From contig JAQUQW010000001.1 in the NCBI GenBank assembly GCA_028716245.1, positions 168,793-232,792 of the forward strand: 64,000 bases of DNA, in the 5' to 3' direction. The translations under genes and the position numbers were made by a program. The DNA is from Candidatus Omnitrophota bacterium (GTDB lineage: Bacteria; Omnitrophota; Gorgyraeia; Gygaellales; Profunditerraquicolaceae). Positions 21,713 to 31,085 of this stretch are shown in pieces. Position 1 is the stretch's first letter, and each line of letters starts with the position of its first letter. Below the pieces are notes generated by a model that had not been told where the DNA came from, searched no databases, and saw nothing but the letters and a program-made list of their open reading frames with translations.

Positions 21713-22129
21713 ATGGTTTTAATGCCCAAGAGGGTTAAATATCGTAAATTGCAAAAAGGCCAGAGGCGCGGGATAGCCACTACCGGCTCAACCTTGGCTT
21801 TCGGAGAATTTGGTTTAAAGTCTCTGGATAACGGATGGATTAAAAATACGCAAATTGAAGCTGTGCGCGTGATTTTGGCGCGCCAGCTGCATAAAGGCGG
21901 TAAATTATGGATCAGGATATTTCCGGATAAATCCATAACCAAGAAACCGGCAGAAGTGCGTATGGGCAAAGGTAAAGGCGACCTCGATCATTGGGTTGCC
22001 GTAGTGAAAAGAGGGCGCATACTTTTTGAATTAGGGGGAGTTCCACAGGAGTATGCTAAATCCTGTTTCCGCCTGGCAGCCTATAAGATGCCGCTGCGCA
22101 CAAAATTTGTAACCAGGGTGCATAAATAA
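21713..22129 (+). CDS. rplP: 50S ribosomal protein L16
   Basis: [13 protein letters not shown] motif. The start could instead be ATG 21722. Confidence 0.93.
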   Translation: MVLMPKRVKYRKLQKGQRRGIATTGSTLAFGEFGLKSLDNGWIKNTQIEAVRVILARQLHKGGKLWIRIFPDKSITKKPAEVRMGKGKGDLDHWVAVVKRGRILFELGGVPQEYAKSCFRLAAYKMPLRTKFVTRVHK

Positions 22130-22130
22130 C

Positions 22131-22322
22131 ATGAAACCGCAGGAATTAAGAGATTTACCGACAGGTGAGTTGTTAGAGAAAGAAAAGGCTCTTTATGCCG
22201 AACTGTCTAAGTTAAATACGCAGCGTTACACGGGCAATGTGGAGAAGCCGCATCGGTTTGCGCTGTTAAAGAAGGATATCGCCCGCATTAGGACAGTCTT
22301 AAAGGGAAAGAAAGATAAATAA
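22131..22322 (+). CDS. rpmC: 50S ribosomal protein L29
   Basis: 63 aa; position between rplP and rpsQ. Confidence 0.9.
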   Translation: MKPQELRDLPTGELLEKEKALYAELSKLNTQRYTGNVEKPHRFALLKKDIARIRTVLKGKKDK

Positions 22323-22323
22323 T

Positions 22324-22605
22324 ATGGGTAAACAAAAAGAATTCATCGGGATAGTAACCAGCGACAAGATGCAGAAAACCGTGGTGGTCAAGACCATGCA
22401 TTTAACCAGGCATGCCAAATATTCTAAAACAGTCAAGCTGCGCAGTAAGTTTAAGGCCCACGATGAAAAGGGTATCGCCAAGCTTGGGGATATGGTGAGC
22501 ATAGCCGAAACCCGCCCCCTGTCAAAAGATAAGCGTTTTATAGTCAAGGCAGTGCTTAAGAAAGCCGCAAGTATGCATTTGGTAAATCCTGAGGAGATTG
22601 CATAA
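22324..22605 (+). CDS. rpsQ: 30S ribosomal protein S17
   Basis: Order and sequence. Confidence 0.93.
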   Translation: MGKQKEFIGIVTSDKMQKTVVVKTMHLTRHAKYSKTVKLRSKFKAHDEKGIAKLGDMVSIAETRPLSKDKRFIVKAVLKKAASMHLVNPEEIA

Positions 22606-22974
22606 ATGCTTCAATTACGCAGTATTTTGGATGTGGCCGACAATACCGGAGCCCGCAAGGCTTCGCTAATCTGTGTATTGGGAAAAATGGGCAGTTTTAA
22701 TGCAGATATCGGAGATGTGGTAAGGGTTAACATCAAGGAATCTATACCCGGGGCCACGGTGAAAAAAGGAGAGATGGCCAGGGCGGTAATCGTACGTACC
22801 AGGCGGGATATCCGAAGGCCGGATGGCTCCATATTGCGTTTTGACCGTAATGCCATCGTAATCCTTGACGATAAAGATAACCCCAGGGGCACGCGCGTCT
22901 TTGGCCCGGTTGCCCGCGAGTTAAGGGATAAGAATTTTAATAAAATAATTTCTTTAGCGCCAGAGGTAATTTAA
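22606..22974 (+). CDS. rplN: 50S ribosomal protein L14
   Basis: [16 protein letters not shown] start. Confidence 0.95.
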   Translation: MLQLRSILDVADNTGARKASLICVLGKMGSFNADIGDVVRVNIKESIPGATVKKGEMARAVIVRTRRDIRRPDGSILRFDRNAIVILDDKDNPRGTRVFGPVARELRDKNFNKIISLAPEVI

Positions 22975-23285
22975 TGCAAAAAATCAAGAAGAATGATATT
23001 GTCCAGATAATTAAAGGCAAGGATAAAGGTAAGCAGGGAAAAGTAATCAGTGTTATTGAGGGTAACCGGCGCGCCATAGTTGAAGGCTTAAACCTTGCCA
23101 AGAAACACAAGCGCCAGAGCCGTCAGGACCAGAAGGGCGGGATAATTTCAATAGAGATGCCCGTCAGCGTAGCTAACCTTATGGTTTTCTGCAAGCATTG
23201 TTCAAAGGCTTCCCGTACCGGTTCAATAATTTTAAAAGACGGAACAAAATCAAGATTTTGTAAAGCTTGTAAAGAGGCGCTATAA
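22974..23285 (+). CDS. rplX: 50S ribosomal protein L24
   Basis: KOW motif IKKNDIVQIIKGKDKGKQGKV. Confidence 0.93.
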   Translation: MQKIKKNDIVQIIKGKDKGKQGKVISVIEGNRRAIVEGLNLAKKHKRQSRQDQKGGIISIEMPVSVANLMVFCKHCSKASRTGSIILKDGTKSRFCKACKEAL

Positions 23286-23286
23286 T

Positions 23287-23844
23287 ATGATACCTAGGCT
23301 ATTAGAAAAATACCGTAATGAAATTGTTCCCAAGTTAATGGAAGATTTTAAGCTTAAGAATAAGATGGCCGTGCCCGTAGTCGATAAGATCGTCGTCAAC
23401 ATGGGTATTGGCGAAGGCACTCAGGATGTTAAAATGTTGGAGAAATCCGTGGATGAGCTGGGCAATATTACCGGCCAGAAACCGATTATCCGCCGGGCAA
23501 AAAAGGCCATTGCTAATTTCAAAGTCAGGCAAGGCCAGGCGGTCGGCGCCAAGGTTACCTTAAGAAGGGCGATGATGTATGAGTTTATGGACCGTTTGCT
23601 GAATATCGCTCTCCCCCGTATCCGTGATTTCCGCGGTGTTTCCCCGGATTCATTTGATCAAGGTTATAATTATACCCTGGGTTTAAGCGAGCAGATTATC
23701 TTTCCGGAGATTGAGTACGATAAAATTACCCGCACTCAGGGGATGGATATTACTTTTGTGATCAAGAATGCCAAGAATACCGAGCAGGCAAGAAGTTTAC
23801 TCCGTTATTTTGGCATGCCCTTTAAGGCTAAGGAAGAAAAATAA
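23287..23844 (+). CDS. rplE: 50S ribosomal protein L5
   Basis: Order and sequence. Confidence 0.95.
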   Translation: MIPRLLEKYRNEIVPKLMEDFKLKNKMAVPVVDKIVVNMGIGEGTQDVKMLEKSVDELGNITGQKPIIRRAKKAIANFKVRQGQAVGAKVTLRRAMMYEFMDRLLNIALPRIRDFRGVSPDSFDQGYNYTLGLSEQIIFPEIEYDKITRTQGMDITFVIKNAKNTEQARSLLRYFGMPFKAKEEK

Positions 23845-23847
23845 AAA

Positions 23848-24033
23848 ATGGCAAAGAATTCACAAATCGCAAGATGGAAAAGAAAACCTAAGTTTTCAAC
23901 TCGTAAATACAATCGTTGTTCAATTTGCGGCAGAAGCGGCGGTTACTTAAGAAGGTTCCAGCTTTGCCGTATTTGTTTTAGAGAGCTGGTTTGGCAGGGG
24001 CTTATCCCCGGCGTTAAAAAAGCCAGCTGGTAG
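23848..24033 (+). CDS. rpsN: 30S ribosomal protein S14, type Z (Zn-binding, 61 aa)
   Basis: CSICGRSGG...CRIC zinc ribbon. Confidence 0.93.
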   Translation: MAKNSQIARWKRKPKFSTRKYNRCSICGRSGGYLRRFQLCRICFRELVWQGLIPGVKKASW

Positions 24034-24037
24034 ATTA

Positions 24038-24087
24038 CACCCCGCGCTTATAATGAATTGCGCGGGTGTGCCCGTGTGGGCTAGGAG
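24038..24087 (+). repeat. GC-hairpin repeat element (full copy) upstream of rpsH
   Basis: caCCCCGCGC-ttataatgaatt-GCGCGGG-tgtGCCCgtgtGGGC-tAGGAG, then ATG at 24093. Confidence 0.85.
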
Positions 24088-24092
24088 AATAA

Positions 24093-24488
24093 ATGTCCAG
24101 GACAGATTTAATTGCAGATGTTTTTACAATCATCCGTAACGCCATATTGATTAAACAGGATACCGTGGATCTTCCGGCTTCCAGCAACATCAAATCGATT
24201 ATGGCTATTCTAAAAAAGAATGAGTATATCGATAATTTTAAACTGATCGAAGATAAAAAGCAGGGATTGGTGAGGGTTTATTTAAAATATACCGCCGGAA
24301 AATCAGCTATCCGTAATATTAAACGGGTCTCCAGGCCCGGTTTAAGGGTTTATGCCCGGGGAAAAAAGATTCCCACCGTTTTACGCGGCAGGGGGCTGGC
24401 GATTGTTTCAACTTCCAAGGGTGTAATTACCGATAAGGAAGCCAGAGAGTTGGGCGTGGGTGGCGAAGTTATTGGTTATATTTGGTAA
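24093..24488 (+). CDS. rpsH: 30S ribosomal protein S8
   Basis: MSRTDLIADVFTIIRNA start. Confidence 0.95.
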   Translation: MSRTDLIADVFTIIRNAILIKQDTVDLPASSNIKSIMAILKKNEYIDNFKLIEDKKQGLVRVYLKYTAGKSAIRNIKRVSRPGLRVYARGKKIPTVLRGRGLAIVSTSKGVITDKEARELGVGGEVIGYIW

Positions 24489-24495
24489 GGAATGG

Positions 24496-24540
24496 CACCC
24501 CGCGCTTATAAGGTATTGCGCGGGTGTCCTCTAATTGAGG
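24496..24540 (+). repeat. GC-hairpin repeat element (variant hairpin 2) upstream of rplF
   Basis: caCCCCGCGC-ttataaggtatt-GCGCGGG-tgtCCTCtaattGAGG. Hairpin 2 is replaced by CCTC/GAGG, whose 3' arm doubles as the SD; ATG at 24550. Confidence 0.8.
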
Positions 24541-24549
24541 AAAAAATAA

Positions 24550-25095
24550 ATGTCTAGGATTGGAAAAAAACCGGTAACAATACCAAAGGATGTCAAGATT
24601 GAAGTTAAGGATAGGGAGGTTTTTGTCCAGGGCCCTAAAGGTAAGCTTAGCCGTAAGTTAACTGACCGGATTAATGTCGAGATTAAAGATACCCAGCTTT
24701 TGGTTACCAGGGTAGCCGATACTAAGGTGGATAAATCCATGCATGGATTATACCGGGCCCTGATCGTGAATATGATTAAGGGTGTAACCGAAGGTTACCT
24801 TAAGGAGTTGGAGATCATCGGCGTGGGATTTAAAGCCGCGGTAGCCGGGGATAAATTAAACCTGGCTTTAGGTTTTTCCCATCCGGTAAATTTTGCCATT
24901 CCCGCCGGAATTAAGATTGAAACTCCTAAGCCTACGCAGCTGGTCATCAGAGGCATTGATAAGGAGTTAATCGGAGAAGTGGCAACTGAAATCCGCGCAA
25001 TTTTTCCTCCTGAACCTTATAAGGGCAAAGGGATTCGTTTTGTAGGGGAGCATGTAAAGAAAAAGATCGGAAAAGCGCAGGCAACCGGTAAATAA
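24550..25095 (+). CDS. rplF: 50S ribosomal protein L6
   Basis: MSRIGKKPVTIP start. Confidence 0.95.
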   Translation: MSRIGKKPVTIPKDVKIEVKDREVFVQGPKGKLSRKLTDRINVEIKDTQLLVTRVADTKVDKSMHGLYRALIVNMIKGVTEGYLKELEIIGVGFKAAVAGDKLNLALGFSHPVNFAIPAGIKIETPKPTQLVIRGIDKELIGEVATEIRAIFPPEPYKGKGIRFVGEHVKKKIGKAQATGK

Positions 25096-25096
25096 A

Positions 25097-25456
25097 ATGA
25101 GAAAAAAAGAAGAGTTAAGGCTTAAGCGGCATAAAAGAATCAAGATGAAAATGTTGGGTACCGCCGAGAAACCCCGGCTGGTGGTGCACCGTTCTTTAAA
25201 GAATATTTCCGCCCAAGTTTTAGATGATACCATAGGAAAGGTTTTGTTTTCTCTTTCCACTAAAGACAAATCTTTGAAACAGAAATTTTCCAGCGCCGGA
25301 AACGTACAATCAGCGGAGCTTTTTGGCCAATTATTTGCCCAAACGGCAAAGGAGAAAGGGTATAGCAAGGTAATTTTTGACCGGGCAGGATATCTTTATC
25401 ACGGCAGGATTAAATCTTTTGCCGATGCATTAAGAAAAGGCGGAATGGAGTTTTAA
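25097..25456 (+). CDS. rplR: 50S ribosomal protein L18
   Basis: Order and sequence. Confidence 0.93.
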   Translation: MRKKEELRLKRHKRIKMKMLGTAEKPRLVVHRSLKNISAQVLDDTIGKVLFSLSTKDKSLKQKFSSAGNVQSAELFGQLFAQTAKEKGYSKVIFDRAGYLYHGRIKSFADALRKGGMEF

Positions 25457-25459
25457 ATT

Positions 25460-25912
25460 ATGCGTGAATTAACTATCGGACAGCAATCGGATTTGGTGGA
25501 AAAGGTTATTAGTATTAACCGGGTTACCAAAGTAACTAAGGGCGGGAAAAAGCTGCATTTCAGCGCTTTAGTCGTTGTGGGGGATACTAAAGGCAGGGTT
25601 GGTTTTGCTTTGGATAAAGCCAATGAAGTGGCTGAAGCTATCCGCAAATCTTTAACCAAGGCCAAGAAGAGCCTGTTTAAGATTCCTCTTGAAGGAGCGA
25701 CTATTCCGCATGAGATAATCGGTAAATTTGGGGCCGCCAGTGTTTTGCTTAAGCCGGCATCAGAAGGTACGGGTGTTATTGCCGCCGGCCCGGTGCGGGC
25801 AATCTGTGAGGCCGCCGGGATCAAAGATATACTCACTAAGTGTTTAAAGTCGAATAATCCGATTAATGTTATTAAGGCTACGATGCAAGGGTTAAGGAGC
25901 CTAAAGGCCTAA
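25460..25912 (+). CDS. rpsE: 30S ribosomal protein S5
   Basis: Order and sequence ([18 protein letters not shown]). Confidence 0.95.
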   Translation: MRELTIGQQSDLVEKVISINRVTKVTKGGKKLHFSALVVVGDTKGRVGFALDKANEVAEAIRKSLTKAKKSLFKIPLEGATIPHEIIGKFGAASVLLKPASEGTGVIAAGPVRAICEAAGIKDILTKCLKSNNPINVIKATMQGLRSLKA

Positions 25913-25920
25913 AAATAAAA

Positions 25921-26475
25921 ATGAAAGAAAAAAAATCCGAAAGTAAATCCGTAATTAAAAAACCGGCGGTAAAAAAGATTGTAAAGAAAATTGCTCTTCC
26001 AGAGGCCAAGAAGGAGGCCGCGGTAAGTTTGGTTTCTTTGCATAATCTAAAAAGCCCCTTTGGTTCGCATAAAAAAAGAAAACTCTTAGGCCGCGGTTCC
26101 AGTTCCGGCCATGGCAAAACCTCAACCCGCGGAAGTAAAGGCCAGACCTCCCGCGCCGGCAGGCATTTTTATTTAGGTTTTGAAGGAGGCCAGTCTCCGC
26201 TTATCCGCAGAATGCCCAAACGCGGGTTTGTGAGTAATTTTAAAAAAGTTTATCAGATTGTCAATTTGGCGGACCTGAATTCGATTAAAGAGGCTCTGAT
26301 CACCCCGCTTATTTTAAAAGAAAAAGGTTTAATCAAAAATGAATCTGCGTTGATTAAGATACTGGGAAACGGCAGCATTAAGAATGCGGTGACTATCCAG
26401 GCGCATGCATTTTCAAAACGTGCATCTTCGGAGATCGCCAGCGCCGGTGGCAAAGCAGAAATCATAAATGTTTAA
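25921..26475 (+). CDS. rplO: 50S ribosomal protein L15 (with ~37-aa Lys-rich N-terminal extension, or an alternative TTG start near 26033)
   Basis: The L15 core starts at LHNLKSPFGSHKKRKLLGRGSSSGHGKTSTRG. No rpmD (L30) lies between rpsE and rplO. Confidence 0.85.
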   Translation: MKEKKSESKSVIKKPAVKKIVKKIALPEAKKEAAVSLVSLHNLKSPFGSHKKRKLLGRGSSSGHGKTSTRGSKGQTSRAGRHFYLGFEGGQSPLIRRMPKRGFVSNFKKVYQIVNLADLNSIKEALITPLILKEKGLIKNESALIKILGNGSIKNAVTIQAHAFSKRASSEIASAGGKAEIINV

Positions 26476-27814
26476 CGCGCTAGTTAATGCGTTTAAGATC
26501 CCGGATTTAAAGAGGCGCTTAATTATCACCGGCGCCCTGATTGCGGTTTACCGCGTAGGCTGTTATATTCCTACTCCCGGCATTGACGGGGCGGCCTTGG
26601 CGGATTTTTTTAACCGTATTGCTAAGACCCAAGGCGGTACGCTCTTTGGCATAATTAATATGTTTTCCGGCGGCGCGATGGAACGTTTAACTATTTTTGC
26701 CCTGGGGATAATGCCGTATATTTCATCCTCCATTATTATGCAGCTGCTCACTGCGGTAGTGCCGGCTTTTGAAAAATTGGCCAAAGAAGGCAAGTCCGGA
26801 TACGAAAAAATAAATCAGTTTACCCGTTACGGAACGGTCCTCTTGTCGGTCATTCAATCCTATTTCATCGCTCTTTGGCTTGAGAATCCGGCTCGTTTTG
26901 AAGGCTTGCAAATTGTGATGCACCCGGGTTGGGGATTCCGGATTTTAACGGTTTTAACCCTTACCACTGGAACAATTTTTATTATGTGGCTGGGTGAACA
27001 GATCCAGGAGCGGGGTATCGGCAACGGTATTTCCCTGGTGATTACCGCCGGTATTATTTCGCGTATTCCTACGGCGCTCAACCAACTCTTTGTTTTAATT
27101 TCTCCGTTTGCGCCCAGCCGCAGGCAGATTCAACCGGTTACTTTATTGATTATGGCTTTTTTATTAGTGGTCGTGGTATTTTCGGTAATCATGATTACGC
27201 AGGGTGTGCGCAAGATTCCTGTGCAATATGCCCGCAGGATCGTCGGGCGCAAGATTTACGGAGGGCAGAGCACCTATATACCGCTTAAGGTGGATACTTC
27301 CGGAGTTATCGCGATTATTTTCGCGCAGTCAATTATATTGTTTCCGGCCACCCTGGCTTCTTTTATTCCGAATCCCGGTTTTCAACGCTTGGCCCAAAGT
27401 TTAATCCGCGGACAGGTGCTTTATTCGGTGGTTTATGCTCTTTTGATAATTTTCTTCTGTTATTTTTATACGGCCATTGTTTTTAATCCCAATGACCTGT
27501 CTGAAAATATGAAAAAGTACGGCGGTTTTATTCCCGGAATCCGGCCCGGCGCGCCTACCGCTGAATTTCTTGATTACGTGATGACCAGGATTACTTTGGC
27601 CGGCGCCTCCTTTATTGCGGTTATCGCGATTTTTCCGGATTTTATTATGGCCTGGTTAAAGGTGCCGTATCTGGTGGCTTCATTTTTCGGCGGCACGGGT
27701 GTTTTGATTATTGTCGGAGTAATGCTGGATACTTTAAAACAAATTGAGTCGCATCTATTGACGCATCATTACGAAGGTTTTATCAAAAGCGGGCAAATCA
27801 GAGGAAGAAGATAA
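26468..27814 (+). CDS. secY: preprotein translocase subunit SecY
   Basis: 448 aa, 10 TM, conserved SecY motifs. Confidence 0.95.
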   Translation: MFNALVNAFKIPDLKRRLIITGALIAVYRVGCYIPTPGIDGAALADFFNRIAKTQGGTLFGIINMFSGGAMERLTIFALGIMPYISSSIIMQLLTAVVPAFEKLAKEGKSGYEKINQFTRYGTVLLSVIQSYFIALWLENPARFEGLQIVMHPGWGFRILTVLTLTTGTIFIMWLGEQIQERGIGNGISLVITAGIISRIPTALNQLFVLISPFAPSRRQIQPVTLLIMAFLLVVVVFSVIMITQGVRKIPVQYARRIVGRKIYGGQSTYIPLKVDTSGVIAIIFAQSIILFPATLASFIPNPGFQRLAQSLIRGQVLYSVVYALLIIFFCYFYTAIVFNPNDLSENMKKYGGFIPGIRPGAPTAEFLDYVMTRITLAGASFIAVIAIFPDFIMAWLKVPYLVASFFGGTGVLIIVGVMLDTLKQIESHLLTHHYEGFIKSGQIRGRR

Positions 27815-27816
27815 TA

Positions 27817-28464
27817 ATGTATCTAGTACTTTTAGGTCCTCCCGGGGCAGGTAAAGGCACTCAGGCAAAAAGACTGGCCGAAAGATTGGCCCTGCCGCAT
27901 ATATCTACCGGAGATATCTTGAGGCAGAATGTTAAGGATGGTACGGATTTAGGTAAGCAAGCCAAGGGTATTATGGATAAGGGCTTGCTTGTGCCGGATG
28001 AGCTGGTCGCTAAAATGCTGGATGAACGTTTCAATAATCCGGATACAAAAAAAGGTTTTATCCTCGATGGATACCCCAGAACATTGGCTCAAGCCAAGAC
28101 CCTGGATGAGATTTTGAGCCGCAAGAGATTGGCGGTGGATTTGGTAGTTTATTTAAATACCAGCGATGAGATAATCATCAAGCGGCTTACCGGAAGGCTG
28201 GTTTGTTCTAAGTGCGGAGCAAACTTTCACGTGGTGAATATGCCTCCTAAAGTTAAGGGAGTATGCGATAGCTGCCAAGGATCTTTATACCAGCGTTCCG
28301 ATGATAATGAAATAACGGTACGTAAGCGCCTGGAAGTTTATAAGAATGAAGTTGCTTCTTTGATAGAGTATTACACCCGAACCAAAAAACTGCACAGTTT
28401 GAATGCGGATTTGGATCCGGCGGTAGTTTTAGAACAGATCATTGCGTTAAGCGCCAAGGCCTAA
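27817..28464 (+). CDS. adk: adenylate kinase (Zn-binding lid)
   Basis: GPPGAGKGTQA P-loop; CSKC...CDSC lid. Confidence 0.95.
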   Translation: MYLVLLGPPGAGKGTQAKRLAERLALPHISTGDILRQNVKDGTDLGKQAKGIMDKGLLVPDELVAKMLDERFNNPDTKKGFILDGYPRTLAQAKTLDEILSRKRLAVDLVVYLNTSDEIIIKRLTGRLVCSKCGANFHVVNMPPKVKGVCDSCQGSLYQRSDDNEITVRKRLEVYKNEVASLIEYYTRTKKLHSLNADLDPAVVLEQIIALSAKA

Positions 28465-29208
28465 ATGATTTCCCTGAAGTCGCCAAAAGATTTAGAGATG
28501 CTCAAGCGCTCAGGGCAGATTTTGGCTGCGGTTATGCGCAAGGTTGAAAAAATCGTGCAGCCGGGGATCACGACTTTAGATATTGACCGCTTAAGCGAAG
28601 AATTGATTGTTAAAGAAAATGCTCTTGCGGCTTTTAAGGGGTATAAAGGTTTTCCGGCAGCTTCTTGTGTTTCCGTAAATGAAGAGATTGTCCACGGGAT
28701 TCCCGGGCCAAGGGTGCTCCTGGAAGGGGATATCGTCAGCATAGATTTAGGAGTAAACTACCAGGGTTATTTTTCGGATATGGCGGTAACTTTGGTAGTC
28801 GGTAAAATAGATGAAGGCAAGAAAAAGTTAATCGCGGTAACAAAGCAGTCGCTTGATATAGGCATCAAACAAGCGCGGGTAGGAAACAATTTAACTGATA
28901 TTTCTCATAGTATTCAAAGTTTTGTTGAGGCGCAGGGATTCTCGGTGGTCAGGCAATTTGTCGGCCATGGCATCGGAACTGCTTTGCATGAGGATCCTGA
29001 AATTCCTAATTTTGGACAGCCGCACTCAGGCCCGCTTTTAAAAAGCGGGATGGTCTTGGCTATTGAGCCGATGATTAATATGGGCGGCTGGGAGTGCCTT
29101 ATTCTTGATAATGGTTGGACAGCAGTAACTAAAGATGGCGCTGCATCCGCGCATTTCGAACACACTGTAGCCGTTACCGATAAAGGGCCGTTAATACTGA
29201 CAGAATAG
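28465..29208 (+). CDS. map: type I methionine aminopeptidase
   Basis: Pita-bread fold metal ligands (D, D, H, E, E) in context. Confidence 0.93.
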   Translation: MISLKSPKDLEMLKRSGQILAAVMRKVEKIVQPGITTLDIDRLSEELIVKENALAAFKGYKGFPAASCVSVNEEIVHGIPGPRVLLEGDIVSIDLGVNYQGYFSDMAVTLVVGKIDEGKKKLIAVTKQSLDIGIKQARVGNNLTDISHSIQSFVEAQGFSVVRQFVGHGIGTALHEDPEIPNFGQPHSGPLLKSGMVLAIEPMINMGGWECLILDNGWTAVTKDGAASAHFEHTVAVTDKGPLILTE

Positions 29209-29209
29209 T

Positions 29210-29428
29210 ATGCCAAAAGAAGAACTGATTGAGACAGAAGGAAAAATTATCGAAGCGCTGCCCAATGCCATGTTTAAAGTTGAACTTGAGAATGGGCATG
29301 TGGTTTTAGCGCATGTCTCAGGAAAAATGCGGATGAATTTTATCAGGATCCTTCCGGGTGATAAAGTCAAGTTAGAGCTTTCTCCTTATGATTTAAGCCG
29401 GGGGAGAATTACTTTTAGGGTGAGGTAG
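29210..29428 (+). CDS. infA: translation initiation factor IF-1
   Basis: 72 aa; S1-like OB fold. Confidence 0.93.
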   Translation: MPKEELIETEGKIIEALPNAMFKVELENGHVVLAHVSGKMRMNFIRILPGDKVKLELSPYDLSRGRITFRVR

Positions 29429-29542
29429 ATGAAAGTTAAAGCGTCGATCCGTAAAATTTGCGATAAGTGTAAAATAATAAAAAGAAGAGGGGTAGTGCGG
29501 GTTATTTGCGTAACTACTAAACATAAACAGAGGCAAGGATAA
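29429..29542 (+). CDS. rpmJ: 50S ribosomal protein L36 (37 aa, Zn-ribbon C-x2-C-x12-C-x4-H)
   Basis: Hand-translated as [37 protein letters not shown]; it is not in the ORF track because it is <60 aa. Confidence 0.85.
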   Translation: MKVKASIRKICDKCKIIKRRGVVRVICVTTKHKQRQG

Positions 29543-29585
29543 CACCCCGCGCTAGGCAGCGCAGTGTGCACTTGTGATCAAGGAG
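29543..29585 (+). repeat. degenerate GC-hairpin repeat element upstream of rpsM
   Basis: caCCCCGCGC-taggca-GCGCag-tgtGCaCttgtGatC-AAGGAG. The right arm of stem 1 and both hairpin-2 arms are mutated. Confidence 0.65.
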
Positions 29586-29590
29586 TAGAT

Positions 29591-30001
29591 ATGCCAAGAA
29601 TTATCGGTGTGGATATACCTAAAGAAAAAAGAATTGAGATTGCCCTTACTTATTTATATGGTATAGGCCGGGCGCTTTCAAATGTTGTGCTTAAAGAAGC
29701 CGGGATCAATCCGGATAAGCGGGCCAAGGATTTGAGCGAAGAGGAGGTCTCCCGGATTACCAATATCCTGCAAAAGGGGTCATTAAGAGTCGAAGGGGAT
29801 TTACGGCGCGATATATCGCAGAATATTAAGCGTCTTATGGATATCGGTTCTTGGAGGGGCATGCGCCATAAGAAAGGCCTTCCGGTTAGAGGGCAGCGCA
29901 CGCGTACTAACGCGCGCACCAGAAAAGGCAAGAAGAGAGTAAATCTTGCTCCGATAAGAAAAGCCGAACCGGCAAAAGCTGCTAAACCTGCCGCTAAATA
30001 A
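29591..30001 (+). CDS. rpsM: 30S ribosomal protein S13
   Basis: [10 protein letters not shown] start after AAGGAG; the track ORF start at 29564 lies inside the repeat. Confidence 0.93.
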   Translation: MPRIIGVDIPKEKRIEIALTYLYGIGRALSNVVLKEAGINPDKRAKDLSEEEVSRITNILQKGSLRVEGDLRRDISQNIKRLMDIGSWRGMRHKKGLPVRGQRTRTNARTRKGKKRVNLAPIRKAEPAKAAKPAAK

Positions 30002-30015
30002 GGAGTATAAATAAA

Positions 30016-30405
30016 ATGGCGACAAAAGATAACGCAAAGAAGAAAAAAATCGCACGGGGCATAACCAGCGGTATTGCCCATATTCAGGCAAGTTTTAACA
30101 ATACGATTATTTCAATAACCGACAAGCAGGGAAATGTTTTGGCTTGGAGCGCTCCCGGAACCGTTGGTTACAGCGGTTCTAAGAAGTCTACTCCGTTTGC
30201 CGCCCAGGTTGCGGCAACGGATGTTGCCCGCAAGGCCAAAGAAGTCGGTGTCAAGGAATTGGAAGTTTATGTGAAGGGTCCGGGGTTCGGCAGAGAGTCG
30301 GCAATCCGGGCGCTTCAGGCAGCAGGTTTGGTGGTAACTTTGATTAAGGATGTAACTCCTATTCCTCATAATGGTTGCCGTCCCAAGAAGAAAAGGAGAG
30401 TCTAA
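30016..30405 (+). CDS. rpsK: 30S ribosomal protein S11
   Basis: Order and sequence. Confidence 0.95.
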   Translation: MATKDNAKKKKIARGITSGIAHIQASFNNTIISITDKQGNVLAWSAPGTVGYSGSKKSTPFAAQVAATDVARKAKEVGVKELEVYVKGPGFGRESAIRALQAAGLVVTLIKDVTPIPHNGCRPKKKRRV

Positions 30406-30408
30406 CTT

Positions 30409-31038
30409 ATGGGCCGTTATACTGGTGCAGTTTGCAGGTTATGTCGCAGGCAGGGAGAAAAACTGTTTTTAAAGGGGACCCGGTGTCAGACTGAAAAGTG
30501 TGCCGCCAGCAAAAGAGCGTATCCGCCGGGCCAGCATGGGCAGGGCAGAAGGCAGAAGCTTTCTAACTACGGAGTGCAGCTGAAAGAGAAACAGAAGGTT
30601 AAAAGGATTTACGGGGTTTTGGAAAGGCAGTTTCGTAAATATTTCAAGATTGCCTCAAAGACTAAAGGGGTAACCGGTAAGGTGCTTTTGCAATTGTTAG
30701 AGCGCAGGCTGGATAACGTGATCTTCCGTATGGGCCTGGGTATTTCCCGTTCACAGGCGCGCCAGATTGTCAGGCACAATTTAGTGGCGGTTAATTCCCG
30801 CAGGGTAAATATTCCGTCATATTTAGTGGATAAGGATGATCTGGTTGAAATTAAAGCTAAGGATAAAGCTAAAATTAAGATTAAAGATAATCTGGAGCTT
30901 TCTAAAGACAGGACTGTTCCCGGCTGGCTTGAATTCAACGCAGCGCAGATGAGAGCAAAAGTTGTCAAGCTTCCTGAGAAAACCGATATTCAACAGCCGA
31001 TACAAGAGCAGTTGATCGTTGAGTTGTATTCCAAGTAA
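30409..31038 (+). CDS. rpsD: 30S ribosomal protein S4
   Basis: N-terminal Zn-finger-like CRLCRR...C...C, S4 domain. Confidence 0.95.
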   Translation: MGRYTGAVCRLCRRQGEKLFLKGTRCQTEKCAASKRAYPPGQHGQGRRQKLSNYGVQLKEKQKVKRIYGVLERQFRKYFKIASKTKGVTGKVLLQLLERRLDNVIFRMGLGISRSQARQIVRHNLVAVNSRRVNIPSYLVDKDDLVEIKAKDKAKIKIKDNLELSKDRTVPGWLEFNAAQMRAKVVKLPEKTDIQQPIQEQLIVELYSK

Positions 31039-31085
31039 AAATAGAATCAATCTGTAGTTTTATTAAATACAATTGGGGGGATAAT

